Shown here one piece after another: positions 7,247-14,127 of a DNA stretch of 14,127 nucleotides. Under the pieces are notes generated by a model that saw only the letters and a program-made list of their open reading frames with translations, did no database searches and was not told the origin of the DNA. How positions within the stretch are numbered: the first letter of the stretch is position 1; each line of letters starts with the position of its first letter. The position numbers were made by a program, and so were the translations under genes. This stretch comes from Myxococcota bacterium (GTDB lineage: Bacteria; Myxococcota_A; UBA796; GCA-2862545): NCBI GenBank assembly GCA_039208735.1, contig JBCCQY010000196.1, positions 1-14,127 of the forward strand. Direction: 5' to 3'.

Positions 7247-9114
7247 GCGTCGGCCTCGAGGGTCTCCCACTCGGCGTAGAGGGCTTCGACCTCGTCCGCC
7301 GCCGCTTGGCGTTCGATTCCCAGCTCTGTCGCCCGCACATGGTCGGTCGCCGCTTCGATAAGGGCCTCGTCCAACGCGGCAATCCGGGCCTCCGCTTCGG
7401 GGAGCGCCTGTTCGATTTCTGCGATTCGCTTCTTGCGACGATCCGCCTCGCGCTGGCGCTTCTTCTGCTCGGCGTAGGCCGACGCGCCGGCGGTCGGTTC
7501 AGATGCCACGTCGGATTCGGGCGGGGCCTCGCGATCGAAGTCGGTGGGCCGGACCCCTTCGCGCAAGTCCACGACGCCGTGCGACAGGCGGGCCACGTGG
7601 GTGGCGGCCCGTTCGACGAGCCACCGGTCGTGGGTCACCAGTACGAGCGTACCCGGCCATTCAATGAGCGCATCGGCCAGCATTTCGGTGGTCTCGACGT
7701 CCAGATGGTTGGTCGGCTCGTCGAGAAGCATCAGGTTGCAAGGGCGCAAGACGAGCGCGGCTAACGCTACCCGAGCCCGCTCCCCTCCCGACAACACTCC
7801 GATGGGCTTGAGGGCACCATCACCCGAAAGGCCTAAGCCTCCAAGAACGGCCCGGATGCGTTCAGGAGGAATCATCGGCAGCGCCTCGGAGAGATGGTCG
7901 AGGGCGGAAGGGTCAGGGGGAAGGGTCGCGGCCAGGTCTTGCGAGAATACGCCGATGCGTACGCGGTCTCCGGCTTGCCGCCTTCCCGCGAGGAGCGGCA
8001 ATCGGCCGGCCAGGCTCTGCAGGAGGGTGGACTTGCCGCACCCGTTGGGACCGATCAACGACAGCCGCATGCCCCGTTCGAGGACCAGGTTGACGCCCTG
8101 AAGCACCGGCGTCTCCTGGTCGAAACCAAGATCTGCGTCGATCAGCGTCATCGCCTGTTGGGCCCCGGCCGGGGGCTCGGGCAGTCGAATGCGGGGCGCC
8201 CGTTGCTCGGCCTCTGGCGCGTCGATCCGCTCCATGCGGTCCAGCTTGTTCTGGCGCGAACGGGCCTGACTCGCCTTGGTGGCCTTGGCCCCGAATCGCT
8301 CAACGAAGCGCTCGAGTTTGGCGATCTCCCTCTGCTGTCGGTCGTACGCTGCACTCTGCTGGTCTTCAGCGAGGTGGCGTTGCTTGAGGAAACTTGAGAA
8401 CGAGCCTGTGTATTCGCGAATCCGCTTGTGCCGGATTTCAACGACGCGATTCAAGCAGCGCTCGAGCAGATACCGATCGTGGCTCACTAGGACGAAGGCC
8501 CACGGCGCGTTGGCGAGGAACCCAGCCAACCACGACCGTGCTTCGAGATCGAGATGGTTGGTGGGCTCGTCGAGCAAGGCCACATCGGGTTCAGACAGCA
8601 GGAGTCGGGCTAGCGCGATGCGCATCTGCCACCCGCCAGAGAACGTCTCGCAGGACCGCTCCCATGCTTCAGGACCGAAGCCCAACCCGTTGAGGACCTC
8701 CCCAATGCGCTCGTCTTGGGCGAAGCCACCCGCCTGTCGCATGGCTTCCGTGGCGCGATCGAGCCGTTCGGTGGCTTGGGCGTCGCCGCCGATCTCGACG
8801 GCGTGTTGGGCGGCCTCGAACTCCGCTCTCAGCCCGTTGAGCCGGTCCATCCGACTCTTCGCCTCTTCCCAAACGGTTTGGGTGGATCCCGACACCGCAG
8901 TTTGGGGGAGCCAGCCCAGGCGCAGCCCATTTCGCTTGTGCAACGCGCCCTCATCAAGCAGGGCCTCGCCCACGAGCGCACGGAGCAGGGTCGTCTTGCC
9001 GGAGCCGTTGCGACCCACAAGTCCGGTGTGGTCGTTGGGTTTCACGTGGAGACTCGCATCGAGGAGGATGTCGCGTCCCCCCATCGACACCGTCGCCCCT
9101 TCGAGTCGGATCAC
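7243..9114 (-). CDS. ABC-F family ribosome-associated ATPase, YheS/YdiF/Uup-like (~623 aa)
   Basis: Two NBDs (GRNGSGKTT, FSGGWQMR, LLDEPTNHLD, VSHDR; GPNGCGKST, LSGGERAR, LLDEPTNHLD, VTHDR), a PtIM-like linker (QQREIAKLERFVERFGAKATKASQARSR) and a C-terminal coiled coil, with no TM segments. GTG 9114 overlaps the upstream TGA (GTGA) and has SD GAGGA. Confidence 0.95.
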   Translation of the reverse strand: MIRLEGATVSMGGRDILLDASLHVKPNDHTGLVGRNGSGKTTLLRALVGEALLDEGALHKRNGLRLGWLPQTAVSGSTQTVWEEAKSRMDRLNGLRAEFEAAQHAVEIGGDAQATERLDRATEAMRQAGGFAQDERIGEVLNGLGFGPEAWERSCETFSGGWQMRIALARLLLSEPDVALLDEPTNHLDLEARSWLAGFLANAPWAFVLVSHDRYLLERCLNRVVEIRHKRIREYTGSFSSFLKQRHLAEDQQSAAYDRQQREIAKLERFVERFGAKATKASQARSRQNKLDRMERIDAPEAEQRAPRIRLPEPPAGAQQAMTLIDADLGFDQETPVLQGVNLVLERGMRLSLIGPNGCGKSTLLQSLAGRLPLLAGRRQAGDRVRIGVFSQDLAATLPPDPSALDHLSEALPMIPPERIRAVLGGLGLSGDGALKPIGVLSGGERARVALAALVLRPCNLMLLDEPTNHLDVETTEMLADALIEWPGTLVLVTHDRWLVERAATHVARLSHGVVDLREGVRPTDFDREAPPESDVASEPTAGASAYAEQKKRQREADRRKKRIAEIEQALPEAEARIAALDEALIEAATDHVRATELGIERQAAADEVEALYAEWETLEADA

Positions 9115-10553
9115 CGTCGATTCCTCACACCCTGGGAGAGCCGAGCCAGGCCTTGACGGAGCACCCGCCAAAGGTGGCCGATCTCGTCGTCGGTGGCCTG
9201 GCGTAACAGCTGGACCTGCAGCTGGCCTTGCTCGTCGAATTCTAGGCGATCGAGAAGGCCCTTCGGCAGATCGGGCGCCACGATCGTGAACAAGGTTTCG
9301 GCGAGGCCCTGTGACCGTGTCCCGCAGCCGCAGTGGGTCCCGTCCCGGATCGCCCCCAGGTGCCGGTGAGCGACGAGCGAATCGGCATCGGCTGGGGGGA
9401 GGGACTCCAGGGCGCGAGTCAGCTCCCGTTCCGCCCGCTCGGCCTCACCACGGTGCTGAAGCGCCACGCCCAGCGCGCACTGAGCGCGCCCCCGAAGGAC
9501 CGCGTCGGCCACGTCGGTGGCCGCTTCCAACAACGGGATGCCCTCATCGCCGCGGCCCACCTCGACGAGCCACAAGCCGAAGTTCCGCAGGGTCTGGGAC
9601 CGACGATCTGCGGCTAAGAGGCCATGAATGCTGGATACCCGCTCGAGAGCGTCTTGGTAGTGATGCTCGGTCGTGTCCAGTTGGTTTGCGTCGCTGGCCG
9701 CGAGGGCGAGGGCAAGGGTCGCTTCGTGGGCGTTTACAGCCAGGTCGAGCGCATCGTAGTGCGCCTGCAACAACTGCAAAGCGCGCAGGCGAGCTTCGGG
9801 GTCCGAAGCGAGTCGCGCCAGATTGGACATCGTGGTCAGGAGGCCCGCTCGATGCTCGAGCGCGCGGTCGGACGCTTGTAGGTCTCGGTGAAGGGCGGTG
9901 ACCACGTGAAGCATGCGGCGAGGATGTCGTCCTCGGTCGGCGCGGCGCTGGCTGGCCCGGACGAGGTTGACGACGTCGTCGTGGGGCCCCTGCAGCACAT
10001 CCCCAAACTCCGGTTCGAAGCCCCTTGCGACCTGGATTTCGGCCAAAAGCGCGGTGGTGGCGATGCGTTCCGGATGATCGTGTTCCTCGAAGACGGCCCG
10101 TGCCTCGGTTGCGCTGGCGTAAGCCTTGTCGAAGGCACCCAGGGCCATCTGGGCATCGGCGAGCGACTGCAAACCGTAGCCCGTGCCGGGATGGTGGGGT
10201 CCGTAGAAGGCGCGCCGACGGACCAAGCCCTCTTCGAGCACCGCCACGGCTTCTTCGGGGCTTCCGGCCACCGCGAGGAGTTCGCCCAGGTTCATGGCGT
10301 GGGTCAGTTCTGCTCGCACCGAGGGGTCGTCGGTCCCGCGAACCGCGCTCGCCTGTCGCAAAGCGGCAATCGCCCGATTCAGGTCGCCCATCGCGACCAG
10401 CAAGGACGCCCACTCGGCCAGCGCGTTCGCATGCCCTGGAGTGTCCTCCCCGAAGGTCACGCGGGCGCTCTGTACGAGCTGAGTGGCTACGAGTTCCGCC
10501 TGCACTCGGTCGCCGCGCTGCAGGGCGGCCCAGGCGTCCTGAATCGTCTGCAC
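9111..10553 (-). CDS. Tetratricopeptide repeat protein, kinesin-light-chain-like TPRs (480 aa)
   Basis: Repeated helical units: TFGEDTPGHANALAEWASLLVAMGDLNRAIAALRQA, MNLGELLAVAGSPEEAVAVLEEGLVRRRAFYGPHHPGTGYGLQSLADAQMALGAFDKA, RNFGLWLVEVGRGDEGIPLLEAA, ALGVALQHRGEAERAERELTRAL. GTG start with a purine-rich leader. Confidence 0.85.
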   Translation of the reverse strand: MQTIQDAWAALQRGDRVQAELVATQLVQSARVTFGEDTPGHANALAEWASLLVAMGDLNRAIAALRQASAVRGTDDPSVRAELTHAMNLGELLAVAGSPEEAVAVLEEGLVRRRAFYGPHHPGTGYGLQSLADAQMALGAFDKAYASATEARAVFEEHDHPERIATTALLAEIQVARGFEPEFGDVLQGPHDDVVNLVRASQRRADRGRHPRRMLHVVTALHRDLQASDRALEHRAGLLTTMSNLARLASDPEARLRALQLLQAHYDALDLAVNAHEATLALALAASDANQLDTTEHHYQDALERVSSIHGLLAADRRSQTLRNFGLWLVEVGRGDEGIPLLEAATDVADAVLRGRAQCALGVALQHRGEAERAERELTRALESLPPADADSLVAHRHLGAIRDGTHCGCGTRSQGLAETLFTIVAPDLPKGLLDRLEFDEQGQLQVQLLRQATDDEIGHLWRVLRQGLARLSQGVRNRR

Positions 10554-10579
10554 GCGTCCCCCACCCTCTCTTCCTATCC

Positions 10580-10607
10580 TTGCCGTGTAGGGCTCGCGCC
10601 ATAAGAC
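10580..10607 (+). promoter_or_regulatory. Putative sigma70-type promoter of the ABC importer operon (leaderless)
   Basis: TTGCCG (10580-10585)-N16-TAAGAC (10602-10607)-N6-ATG 10614, with no SD. Confidence 0.4.
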
Positions 10608-10613
10608 CTGCGC

Positions 10614-11465
10614 ATGAACCGCCGGACGACCATCGCTTCCCTTGCTGCATGGGGACTCGTCGGGGCGACTGGGCTTTCGGCCTGCGGAGGAGCCCCGCCA
10701 CCCTCCGCGACGGCTCGCTGGCTCTCCCTGTCGCCCTCGCTTACCGAGACCGCCTTCGCCATTGGCGCGGAGTTGGTGGGCCGCAGCACGTTTTGCCTGT
10801 TGCCGCCCGAGGCCCAGGCGCTCCCCGCAGCAGGGACGGCGCTAACGCCCGATCTCGAGGCCATCGTGTCGATCGGACCGTCGGGCATCCTCGTGGAAGG
10901 GGCGAAATCGGTGCCGCTCGATCGACTGCGCAAGCTCGCCCCGGTCGAGGTGTTTCCCTGGCTTACCAAAGCCGAAGTCGTGGGGTCCGTTCGCCGCTTA
11001 GGCGAGACCTTGGGGCGCCCCAAAGCCGCCGCCGCCTTGGCGGAGCGCTTCGAGAAGGGGTTGTCGGGCACGGCTCCCAAGAGTGCGCCTCGCGTGGTGA
11101 TGGCGCTGGCGGGTGACGACCTGGGGCGCGGCACCCTTTGGTATCTGCAGCCCGACTCGTTGCACGGAGCGGCCCTCGCCGCGGCAGGTCTGCGAAATGC
11201 CGTGCCTCCCGTACCCGGCCCTCCCCAGATGTCGCTCGAACGACTGATCGAACTCGATCCTGACGTCATCGTCGTTCTCTCTGCCCAGTCCCTCGACCCG
11301 GCGGCGGCGACCCGCATGACCGACGCCCTGCGAAAGATCGAGCCGCTGAAAGCCGTTCGCGACGGCCGCATTGGGGTGGTTCACGGCCCGGGCACCCTAT
11401 CGACGGGCCCATCGATTCTCGAGTTGCCGGCTCGCATCGCGGCGGCCGTAAAGCGCGCGGAGTGA
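10614..11465 (+). CDS. Helical-backbone (class III) substrate-binding lipoprotein, BtuF/FecB/HmuT-like (283 aa)
   Basis: Lipobox LSAC (Cys24), RWLSLSPSLTETAFAIG, LVGRSTFC, PDLEAIVSIGP, MSLERLIELDPDVIV, LKAVRDGRI. Confidence 0.88.
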   Translation: MNRRTTIASLAAWGLVGATGLSACGGAPPPSATARWLSLSPSLTETAFAIGAELVGRSTFCLLPPEAQALPAAGTALTPDLEAIVSIGPSGILVEGAKSVPLDRLRKLAPVEVFPWLTKAEVVGSVRRLGETLGRPKAAAALAERFEKGLSGTAPKSAPRVVMALAGDDLGRGTLWYLQPDSLHGAALAAAGLRNAVPPVPGPPQMSLERLIELDPDVIVVLSAQSLDPAAATRMTDALRKIEPLKAVRDGRIGVVHGPGTLSTGPSILELPARIAAAVKRAE

Positions 11466-12235
11466 TCGAGGCTCGGCAGATCACGGTGGAGTGGGACGAC
11501 CGCCGGGTTCTCGATCGTGTCGATTTTGATGTCCACGCGGGGACCTTCACGATTGTCGTGGGGCCCAACGGGGCGGGAAAATCCACATTGCTCGACGTCT
11601 TGCGTGGCTACCGGGTGCCTCATCATGGCGATGTGCGGTTCGAGGGCACGCCGATCGCTTCGCTGTCGCCGAAGGAACGGGCGGCCCGAGTCGGCTGGCT
11701 TGCCCAGCATCCTCGCGTGCGCGACGTCATGACCGTCGCGGAATGGCTGACGACCGCACGCTTTCGGTTCGCGGAGACGCCTCGTGTGGCCCGTCCCAAG
11801 GTCGAACAAGCGCTACGCTGGGTGGATCGGCTCCACCTGCTCGACCGCCTTGCCCACACGCTCTCGGGCGGGGAGGCCCAGCGGGTCGCGTTGGCCGCCT
11901 TGATGACCCAGGAGGCGCGACTCTGGCTGCTGGACGAGCCCACCCACCATCTCGATCCGGCGGCCGTCTTGGCCATCCTCGAACGGTTGAGGGATCGGCT
12001 CCGCGAAGGACAGACGATGGTCGCGGTAGTCCACGATCTGGATGAGATCACGGCCGTCCTCGAGCCGTCGGACCACGAACGTGTGTGGGTGGTGGGCCTG
12101 AAGGAAGGCACGGTTCGGTTTCGGCGCCCGATGGGGGCGCCCGATGCATTGGCCGACGCCCTTTCGGACCTCTACGACGTGCAGATGCGTGCGGTGACGG
12201 TGGAGGGCCGGCCCCGTTTCGTGGTCATGCCATGA
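11462..12235 (+). CDS. ABC importer ATP-binding subunit, BtuD/FecE-like (257 aa)
   Basis: GPNGAGKST, LSGGEAQRVALA, LLDEPTHHLD, VVHDL. GTGA overlap with the SBP stop. Confidence 0.92.
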   Translation: MIEARQITVEWDDRRVLDRVDFDVHAGTFTIVVGPNGAGKSTLLDVLRGYRVPHHGDVRFEGTPIASLSPKERAARVGWLAQHPRVRDVMTVAEWLTTARFRFAETPRVARPKVEQALRWVDRLHLLDRLAHTLSGGEAQRVALAALMTQEARLWLLDEPTHHLDPAAVLAILERLRDRLREGQTMVAVVHDLDEITAVLEPSDHERVWVVGLKEGTVRFRRPMGAPDALADALSDLYDVQMRAVTVEGRPRFVVMP

Positions 12236-13179
12236 CCTGGCGAATCGTGCTGTTGGTCGCGTTGTCAGGGTTGGTGGTTGTCGTGGCGCCCTTCATCGGC
12301 CCACCAGTGCGTTCCGAGGCCTTGGCGTTTGTGCTGGCAGAGCTGCGCATTCCCAGAGTGCTGGTGGGCGCGTTGGTGGGGGCGTGTTTGGGCGCGGTCG
12401 GCGCAGGCTACCAAGCCTTGTTTGGCAATCCCCTGGCCACCCCCAGCACCACGGGCACGACGGCGGGGGCTGCCTTGGGGGCGCTGTTCGCCTTTGTCGT
12501 CCTTCCGGTAGCCTGGACCGCTTCGTCTTGGGTGGTGGTGGGATGCGCGTTTGCGGGGGCCTTGCTGGTGGCCGGCCCGGTGGCCGCACTGGCCTTGCGC
12601 GGCGAAGCCCGCATCGAGTCGGTGTTGCTTGCCGGGGTGGCGGCGACACTGGCGGCATCGGCCATCACCACCGGCTTACAGGTTCAAGCCGACCTCACCG
12701 CCACGTTCCGAGCCGTTCGCTGGTCGCTCGGGAGTCTCGAGCAGGTCGGCTACGCGGGCGTCCTCGCTCTGACGGCCACCACGGTCCTCACCTTGAGTGT
12801 GGTGCTGGGACGGACCCGCGCGCTGCAGAGCCTCGTGCTGGGCGAAGCGAGTGCTCATGCGCAGGGTGTCGACGTCACGGCGGTCCGCCGCGATGTGCTC
12901 GTGGGCGGGGCCTTCGGCGTGGCGGCGTGTGTCGCCTGGTGCGGACCCATCGCGTTTGTCGGCCTGGTCGTCCCTCACCTCGTGCGGTTGGGGGTCGGGC
13001 CATCCCGCAGAGTGGGGATTCCCTTGTCGGCCGTGGCCGGAGCGGGGTTCTTGGTCGCTTGCGATACGGTAGCTCGAACCGCGTTTCCCGAAGTGGTCGT
13101 TCCGGTAGGCGTCATCACCTCCGCCATCGGAGCGCCCTTGTTGATGGGGCTTGTGCTCAGAAAATCCCATGCGGTGTAG
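12232..13179 (+). CDS. FecCD/BtuC family ABC permease (~315 aa)
   Basis: LRIPRVLVGALVGACLG, QALFGNPLATP, LGEASAHAQGVD, GPIAFVGLVVPHLVR, PVGVITSAIGAP, with multiple hydrophobic segments. ATG 12232 forms an ATGA overlap with the ATPase stop. Confidence 0.93.
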   Translation: MTWRIVLLVALSGLVVVVAPFIGPPVRSEALAFVLAELRIPRVLVGALVGACLGAVGAGYQALFGNPLATPSTTGTTAGAALGALFAFVVLPVAWTASSWVVVGCAFAGALLVAGPVAALALRGEARIESVLLAGVAATLAASAITTGLQVQADLTATFRAVRWSLGSLEQVGYAGVLALTATTVLTLSVVLGRTRALQSLVLGEASAHAQGVDVTAVRRDVLVGGAFGVAACVAWCGPIAFVGLVVPHLVRLGVGPSRRVGIPLSAVAGAGFLVACDTVARTAFPEVVVPVGVITSAIGAPLLMGLVLRKSHAV

Positions 13180-13201
13180 AACGGCCTTCGGCTCGCGCGA
13201 C
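13175..13201 (+). promoter_or_regulatory. Putative ECF42-type sigma promoter upstream of the VOC gene
   Basis: TGTAGA (13175-13180)-N17-CGAC (13198-13201), 30 nt before ATG 13232. It resembles the ECF42 consensus as I recall it (TGTCGA at -35, CGA/TC at -10). Confidence 0.45.
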
Positions 13202-13231
13202 GACCAGACGAATCCCATCTAGGAGTTCCTC

Positions 13232-13567
13232 ATGGGCAATGTCGTGTACTTCGAGCTTCCCACCGGTGATGCGCCTGCGGCCCAGGCATTTTGGGGCGGG
13301 TTGTTCGGCTGGCAGTTCGAGCCGGGCAACTTTCCTGGCTACCACATGATCCCGAACGCCGGTCCGCTTGCCGGGATGGACAGCAGCCAAGGCCCAAGCC
13401 CCATCCGGGTGTTCTTCGGGGTCGAAAACATCGAATCGTCAGCCGCGAAGGTGCGGGAACTCGGTGGCGAAGCGGGCGAAGCCATCGAACTGCCCTCGGG
13501 TTGGCTGGTTCGTTGTTCCGACCCGCAAGGCGTTGAATTCACCCTTTGGAAGAACAAGGGCGCGTAG
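13232..13567 (+). CDS. VOC family protein, small SgaA-N-like glyoxalase (111 aa)
   Basis: VVYFELPTGDAPAAQAFWGGLFGWQF, VFFGVENIE...VRELGG, DPQGVEFTLW. SD AGGAG 6 nt upstream. Confidence 0.92.
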   Translation: MGNVVYFELPTGDAPAAQAFWGGLFGWQFEPGNFPGYHMIPNAGPLAGMDSSQGPSPIRVFFGVENIESSAAKVRELGGEAGEAIELPSGWLVRCSDPQGVEFTLWKNKGA

Positions 13568-13569
13568 TT

Positions 13570-14127
13570 CTACTGCAGCGGATCGAACAGCGTCTCGACC
13601 GCTCGCGGGGCTCGCTCGTAGCGTTCGAGGCGCGGCTCGGGCCGGGGAGCCATCCCGAGCATGACCGCGATGCGGCTGTTGGGTCGGTTCATGACCTCGA
13701 CCCACTTGTGGTAGGCCACCGATGCGTTCGACCGGGCTTGGGTGGATGGGGAGAGCATGGTGAAGATGTGCCGAGTGTCGTGCCCCATCGCCCGAACGGC
13801 GACCGTCTGGTCCTGCATCACCTGAAGGAGCACATCCGCGTTTTCAGCTTTGTGAGCCAGCTTCGCGTCATAGAAGGCGAAGTAGACCGTTTCGAGATCG
13901 CCTGACGGGGCGCCGCGAATCGACAGCTCATGGATGACCGGCTGCGTTTGGTTGAGCGTGGCAAACCAGGTGTCCTCTGCCGAAGCCATCTCACGCGCCG
14001 CTTCGCGCACGGGCCTGGCCCCCGCCGAAATCCACATGACGGCCCCTACGGTGAGCAGTCCCGAGACGATGATCGAGGAGAGAGCTGCGAAGCGGAGCAG
14101 CGTGAAGGTGAACGACTTGAACAAGTC
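13570..14127 (-). CDS. Membrane-anchored hypothetical protein (probably partial; frame is open to the window end)
   Basis: Open frame from 14127 to TAG at 13570-13572. Hydrophobic segment FAALSSIIVSGLLTVGAVMWISAG is followed by a helical soluble domain. It ends 2 nt from the convergent VOC stop. Confidence 0.7.
   Translation of the reverse strand, partial: DLFKSFTFTLLRFAALSSIIVSGLLTVGAVMWISAGARPVREAAREMASAEDTWFATLNQTQPVIHELSIRGAPSGDLETVYFAFYDAKLAHKAENADVLLQVMQDQTVAVRAMGHDTRHIFTMLSPSTQARSNASVAYHKWVEVMNRPNSRIAVMLGMAPRPEPRLERYERAPRAVETLFDPLQ

Noticed and set aside
6173..7270. 365-aa - strand ORF
   Set aside because: Antisense to the LRR and secreted-protein genes, with Ser/Arg-rich shadow composition.
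7243..9114. ABC-F as a transporter subunit or antibiotic-resistance (ARE) gene
   Set aside because: No TM partner, and its motifs look like housekeeping ABC-F. An ARE assignment cannot be supported without a subfamily HMM.
9207..9225. Short repeat cagctgg...cagctgg
   Set aside because: Explained by the coding sequence QLQVQLL of the TPR protein.
8276..9289. 337-aa + strand ORF
   Set aside because: Typical antisense shadow of an ABC ATPase (e.g. SRWLVGSSS mirrors LLDEPTNHLD).
9544..11116. Long Arg/Pro-rich ORFs 9544-10701 (-) and 10025-11116 (+)
   Set aside because: Alternative frames overlapping the TPR and SBP genes, with composition typical of off-frame GC-rich DNA.
12384..13349. 321-aa + strand ORF overlapping the permease
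   Set aside because: Off-frame read of the FecCD permease, which carries the family motifs.
1..14127. CRISPR arrays, tRNA/rRNA genes, IS elements, riboswitches
   Set aside because: No spaced direct repeats, RNA gene signatures, transposase or integrase motifs seen. All gaps except 443-660 are under about 65 nt.

Overview
A GC-rich, very gene-dense chromosomal window, most likely from a Myxococcota-like bacterium. This guess rests on a CglB-like vWA lipoprotein, a TIGR02996/LRR protein and a very short signal peptide. It holds 16 CDS, two cut by the window edges: vWA lipoprotein (-), short-type endonuclease V (-), AraC-GyrI regulator (+), VOC protein (+), TetR regulator (+), SAM methyltransferase (-), YiiM-like MOSC protein (-), TIGR02996/LRR protein (+), small secreted protein (+), ABC-F ATPase (-), TPR protein (-), a three-gene BtuF/FecCD-type ABC importer (+), a second VOC protein (+) and a membrane-anchored hypothetical protein (-). 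I saw no rRNA, tRNA, CRISPR array, transposase or integrase. I cannot claim a clearly novel system. The best leads are: (i) five SD-less genes that share a -10-like hexamer 5-6 nt before ATG, suggesting leaderless mRNAs; (ii) EndoV and YiiM-like MOSC, both linked to base-analogue (HAP) handling in E. coli, clustered with toxin-sensing regulators; (iii) an ECF42-like promoter before the last VOC gene; (iv) an RRE/PqqD-like C-terminus on the methyltransferase; (v) a possible TPR gene remnant in an intergenic gap. All family calls come from motif recognition by eye, not database searches.
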